Assembly (NCBI GenBank): GCA_000708835.1
Contig: DF237159.1
Coordinates: forward strand, 79,660-143,659
Direction of reading: 5' to 3'
Source of the DNA: Klebsormidium nitens
Taxonomy: Eukaryota > Plantae > Klebsormidiophyceae
DNA: 64,000 nucleotides
Below the pieces are notes generated by a model. It was not told the DNA's origin. It did not search any database and saw nothing but the letters and a program-made list of their open reading frames with translations. Positions 60,301 through 64,000 of this stretch are shown here, one piece after another. A program made the position numbers and the translations under genes. Each line of letters starts with the position of its first letter. Within the stretch, counting starts at the first letter, position 1.

Positions 60301-63217
60301 CGTAGTCCCACCTGTTAGAGTTGTCCGTCAAGTTCCCCGCATCCTACAAAAGTGAGAACGAAGGGTTCAGCAGAATCCCAGGACTCAAGAGTCTGTTGCT
60401 TCAGTGGACAACACCCCGTGGGTCAAAATTTGGAAGAGATAAGACTAAAGAGCCAGGGGGATCACTTTTGACAAGGTTCACGGTGGGGCCTATCCTGACA
60501 TCCCCAGAGCGCGTGCAGCTGGTATCTCAAAGCAAAACCCATCAATTCCGCCTTCAGTTACAATATGTGCAATCTACCTTTTAGACTCTCCAAAGGGCGA
60601 ACCAAAACACCAAAGAATGCAAAGACCAAAGCAAACAACGTTCTTCCTAAACCATCTCCCACTTGTGAATCATGATGCCCCTGGGCACCTTTAAAATGAG
60701 TTGGGCTTGACACCGGTGCAGGACAGACATCAGGTGAGACACCAGCCGCCATCTGAGAGTGAGACTTGATCAACATGAGAACACTTCAGGAACATCAACA
60801 GGGTGACCTCAATGCAAGACCCCTTGTCTCCAAAAACTTGAACATGCACCTAAGGATTCAATGCAAGGGGGCTCCCCTTAGCATTACATACTCACAAGCC
60901 TGATCGCCTAGCTACCGCCAGCTTGCCTTCCAGTTCTCTGAAAGGCTGCCATGTAGTTTTGAATTAACGTGCCTGCTTACTCTGCTACCCACCGCAGCGC
61001 AAGCAACACGGGACCCATACCCCAGTGCATATAACCTTGATGCTCCCTGTTTTCGTTGTCAGTTTGTCACCAAGGATTCCCAAAATCTCTGTCTGCTGTT
61101 ACCTTCTTGTGGCTCTGCTTCGATCCTGAAATTCTTCAGGATCTGCTAATGCAGCAAGACAGGATCGGACGCATACCTGTCTGAAGAGCTCGCGGTCCGT
61201 GGTTGGCAGCAAGAAGAGCTCATCGTCCGAGACGTCATACGCGCGCAGCGTCAGGTGGCCTTCATCAAACGGCCGTAGCGCGTCTGCAAAGATTTCTCCC
61301 AGATCAAAGAACGCCGTGATCACGCCATACAGGCTGTCCCGTCTCCTCTGGACTGTGGCATTCAGAACCTCCTTGTCGGGCAGGCGATACACGGGATAGA
61401 ACAAGAAGAAGCCCCTCGTTCCATAAACGTCCCCCGCAGGAGTGGCCCGAGGAATGCCCGTATCACGCGCCGTGTACATATAGTCCGCCAGGACCGTTGT
61501 GCTCAGATCGTACCCATATAGGCTGGCATTGGTTGCTTGCGGATCATCGCCATACAGGTATATAACGACGTAGTAGATGCTCGAGCTGTTTCTTGGCAGC
61601 GGCATATAAGTCTGGTTCCGATAGAAGGAGTGGACCTCCGCCCCTAGCTGCGCCTCTATCGCTGGCCTGTCAGCATCCACGACCCGTTGAACCCAGTAGA
61701 GCGAGGGGGTGTAAGGGCGAGTCCACACTGTCTCGTTTGCAAACTGAGTAAACTGCGTCGAATTTGGCATGACTGCTTTCATAAGCCCTCCGAAGACCCC
61801 GGTCGCGAGGAAGTTTGTCCTGAATAGGGTTTGGATGGCCTGCACAGCATGAAAACAACGATACACTCACTTCATACCGTGACACTCCCCAGCGAAGACA
61901 AGAAGTCTCAAGGTAGCCTGATTGCTGATTGCATCATACTGTAGCCTGATCAAAAAGCTACGAACTTTCCCAAGCATCTCTGGATCAGCTCTTATGGACA
62001 GTTTTCACTCTCTGTCAAATCTTGGACACTTGCTGCGATGGCTGAATTCTGCTGACTGCCTTGAGCACAGCAAATCTTCAGCAACCTTCAGAACTAGAGG
62101 GACGATGCCAGAGGCAACCTCCCTAAAGTGACCATTGATGCAAGCAATCTGCATAATCTGCAACCTGGCCCACTGAATCTGGCACACCAGATTCAGATAG
62201 TCTCCAACATCTTGCACACAAGCAAACCTACACTTGTGCCACATGGTGCTTCCTTGCAAGGCGCCAAAGGAAAGCCTTGTTAACTACAAACCCCCTAGAA
62301 CGTGGCCCACAAACTCTGGCATACTGCACTTGGGATGTCTTTCAAGACCTGGTCAGAGGTAAGAATTATGCATTCCACCTTGTAACCTTTAGGGTTCCAG
62401 CGGCTTAAGTAGTGGGGACGAACTTGAGTAACTTCTCAACTTTGCCAAAGAAACCCTATTGAACTGTTGCAGCTACACCCTCACCTCGAAGCGAGTGTCG
62501 CAGTTCAAGACGAACTGTTCGGTCCATTGTTGCCCTAAAAGGAGAGAAAGCATTCTCAGCATCGCGAATGTACCGCTGAATCATGCTTAATCTGCTACTA
62601 AATTTCACGCATAGGCAGAGTAGTGAATAAGGTAGCCTTGCCAGCTCACTTGCTTCCAAATGGGTACTGAATCTCCACACAACGATCGTCCAGAAATCAA
62701 TGTGGTCAAGGAGCCCATAGACGCCCTGCTCGACAAGATCCAACCAGACCAAGTACATTATCTGCTTGCCATTGCACCTTTGTCCCCAACCTCCAAGGGT
62801 AACAGGGCCTATCTTTCTCGCCAGTCAACAAAGCTCCCATCCTCAACAACAAAGCAATTCGACAGGCAGTGTCAAAATGAAACCTAATCAAGAAAGACTT
62901 GGATGAAGAGATCCACAGATGGGACATTAAGCATCCCTAAGATACAAGCGTGTCTTTCAAGACAAGAGTAGTTCCTGCTACTTGATGTGGAGGGCTCGGG
63001 AGCAATGTCAAAAAACCGGTAAGTGAACCGTGCTCTGGCGTTCAACTTTGAGAGCTTGCTTACCTGCAGTGGCATACAAGATGAGGCCAACGACCACAAA
63101 CAGCAGTATCAGAGCGAGCAGCCAGAGCAAGAGCGCCACCGCCTTCGAACTCCAGATTGGCTTCGCGCGCAGCTCCCGCAGGCACTCTTTAGCAGACATG
63201 TCTTTCCAGGCCACCAT
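51371..63217 (-). CDS. CHASE-domain hybrid histidine kinase (cytokinin-receptor-like CHK): TM-CHASE-TM-HisKA-HATPase_c-receiver-like-receiver
   Basis: Exon 1 63064-63217 has a TM helix (AVALLLWLLALILLFVVVGLIL). CHASE exon is 61177-61839. Second TM at ~59500-59645. H-box AKSSFIAT|VSHEIRTPMN|GILGM. N-box DPVRVRQILINLVSNALK|FT. G1 VE|DTGIGMP. G2 FGGTGIGLNISHRLAKLM. Receiver RILVVDDAMINRRVA...LMDVQMP|..GYTATARIRE...PIIALTAD. Last exon FAMFSKPLDKTML ends at 51371. Confidence 0.95.
51541..51598. repeat. 25-bp direct repeat, period 33, in the last CHK intron
   Basis: TATGAAAGAGGTTCTTGTCTCGTAC at 51541 and 51574. Confidence 0.9.
56535..56865 (-). repeat. Two ghost copies of the CHK N-box exon donor junction in the downstream intron
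   Basis: GAG(T/C)GCGTTGCT at 56550, 56683 and 56835 (real). The 56540 copy keeps AACCTCAC (GTGAGGTT donor). Confidence 0.8.
57813..58108. mobile_element. ~296-bp foldback/MITE-like element in a CHK intron
   Basis: ACCGGCAAGGTATGATTCCGAATG at 57813 vs the reverse complement of 58085-58108 (22/24 match). AT-rich interior with internal direct repeat GATTAAATAATTGT. No clear TSD. Confidence 0.6.
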
Positions 63218-64000
63218 TGTGGGGCTTGATGGCCTAGACTAAGCTTCTTGCAATCCTCCCTGCTCCTCAGGCCTACTGGAGCTCATGCTAGCAGGGCATC
63301 TCACTGGACCACCACAAAACCTCTCGCAAACCTCGTGCCTTAGCTCAGGGGTTTCCTGTGTCCCGCCAAACGTAAAAACAAACCCCGAAACGATATCGCC
63401 CTTCAGCTAGCGTCCTCCCGGAAACCTTGACTCTCTACAGCCTTTCACTCGCCTCAATCTTTGCTCCGTCACCTAAGCTGTCACTTTCCTCAGAAGAGCC
63501 TTGTTGCCGTCGCCCTCATCGCCTGCACCGTTTCCTGCTTCTTGCTGGGCCAGAAAATCTGTCACCTTCAGAAGCTAGCGGACTGAACATTGCAAGTTGC
63601 TGCCAGCTTGGCAGCTTGCAAAACGCAGACTGCACATCAAAGCAGACTCAGTTGCCTTGCCCAGCCTGATCCCCGACAACTTCCACGTTGTGAACAGCTA
63701 GGAATCAGGATTGCCTTGTAATTTGAGGATGAATCACGCCAGGCGCGACCCACGTGCGGTAGGTACCCTCTCCATGAGTCTTCTTTCAACTGAGGTACCG
63801 GTACCCACAGTCTAATTTCAACTGACGAAACCCTACAACCGAGCCCGACAAGACTCATACCGTAGGTAGTATCCTAGGCTCTGGCACCTTGCAAGTGCCA
63901 CCCTGGTCAGCGCGGCCGTATGCTGCCGTAACCGTACCTACCTACTTTCTCGGGTTGTAGACTGGGGACTCGGGAGCACTGCACCTTATCCCACGACCGG

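Overview
Eukaryotic, intron-rich, GC3-rich nuclear DNA. Gene content and style suggest a streptophyte green alga such as Klebsormidium (inference, not verified). Four spliced genes are well supported by hand-assembled GT-AG exons with matching phases: a DNAJC11/ATJ13-type J-protein (6042-14952, -), a very long SWR1/PIE1 chromatin remodeller (20740-42249, -), a 14-3-3 protein (44310-48545, +) and a CHASE-domain hybrid histidine kinase (51371-63217, -). A fifth gene (2499-4872, +) encodes an EEP-superfamily nuclease/phosphatase with an unrecognised C-terminal domain. It lies between two CTAG-bounded hairpins, one shaped like a Helitron 3' end. The most striking unexplained pattern is that at least 15 splice junctions in four genes have degenerate 'ghost' copies of the exon edge plus splice site in the adjacent intron. 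Their offsets cluster near 138-143 bp and 166-174 bp, and some ghosts keep an intact AG and could act as alternative or poison splice sites. Also present: a Tourist-like MITE with TTA TSD, a foldback element, tandem duplications, and several EAR-like (DLNxxP/LxLxL) motifs in the SWR1/PIE1 protein. Region 15.1-19.9 kb has coding-like fragments I could not resolve. No rRNA, tRNA or CRISPR array was found.
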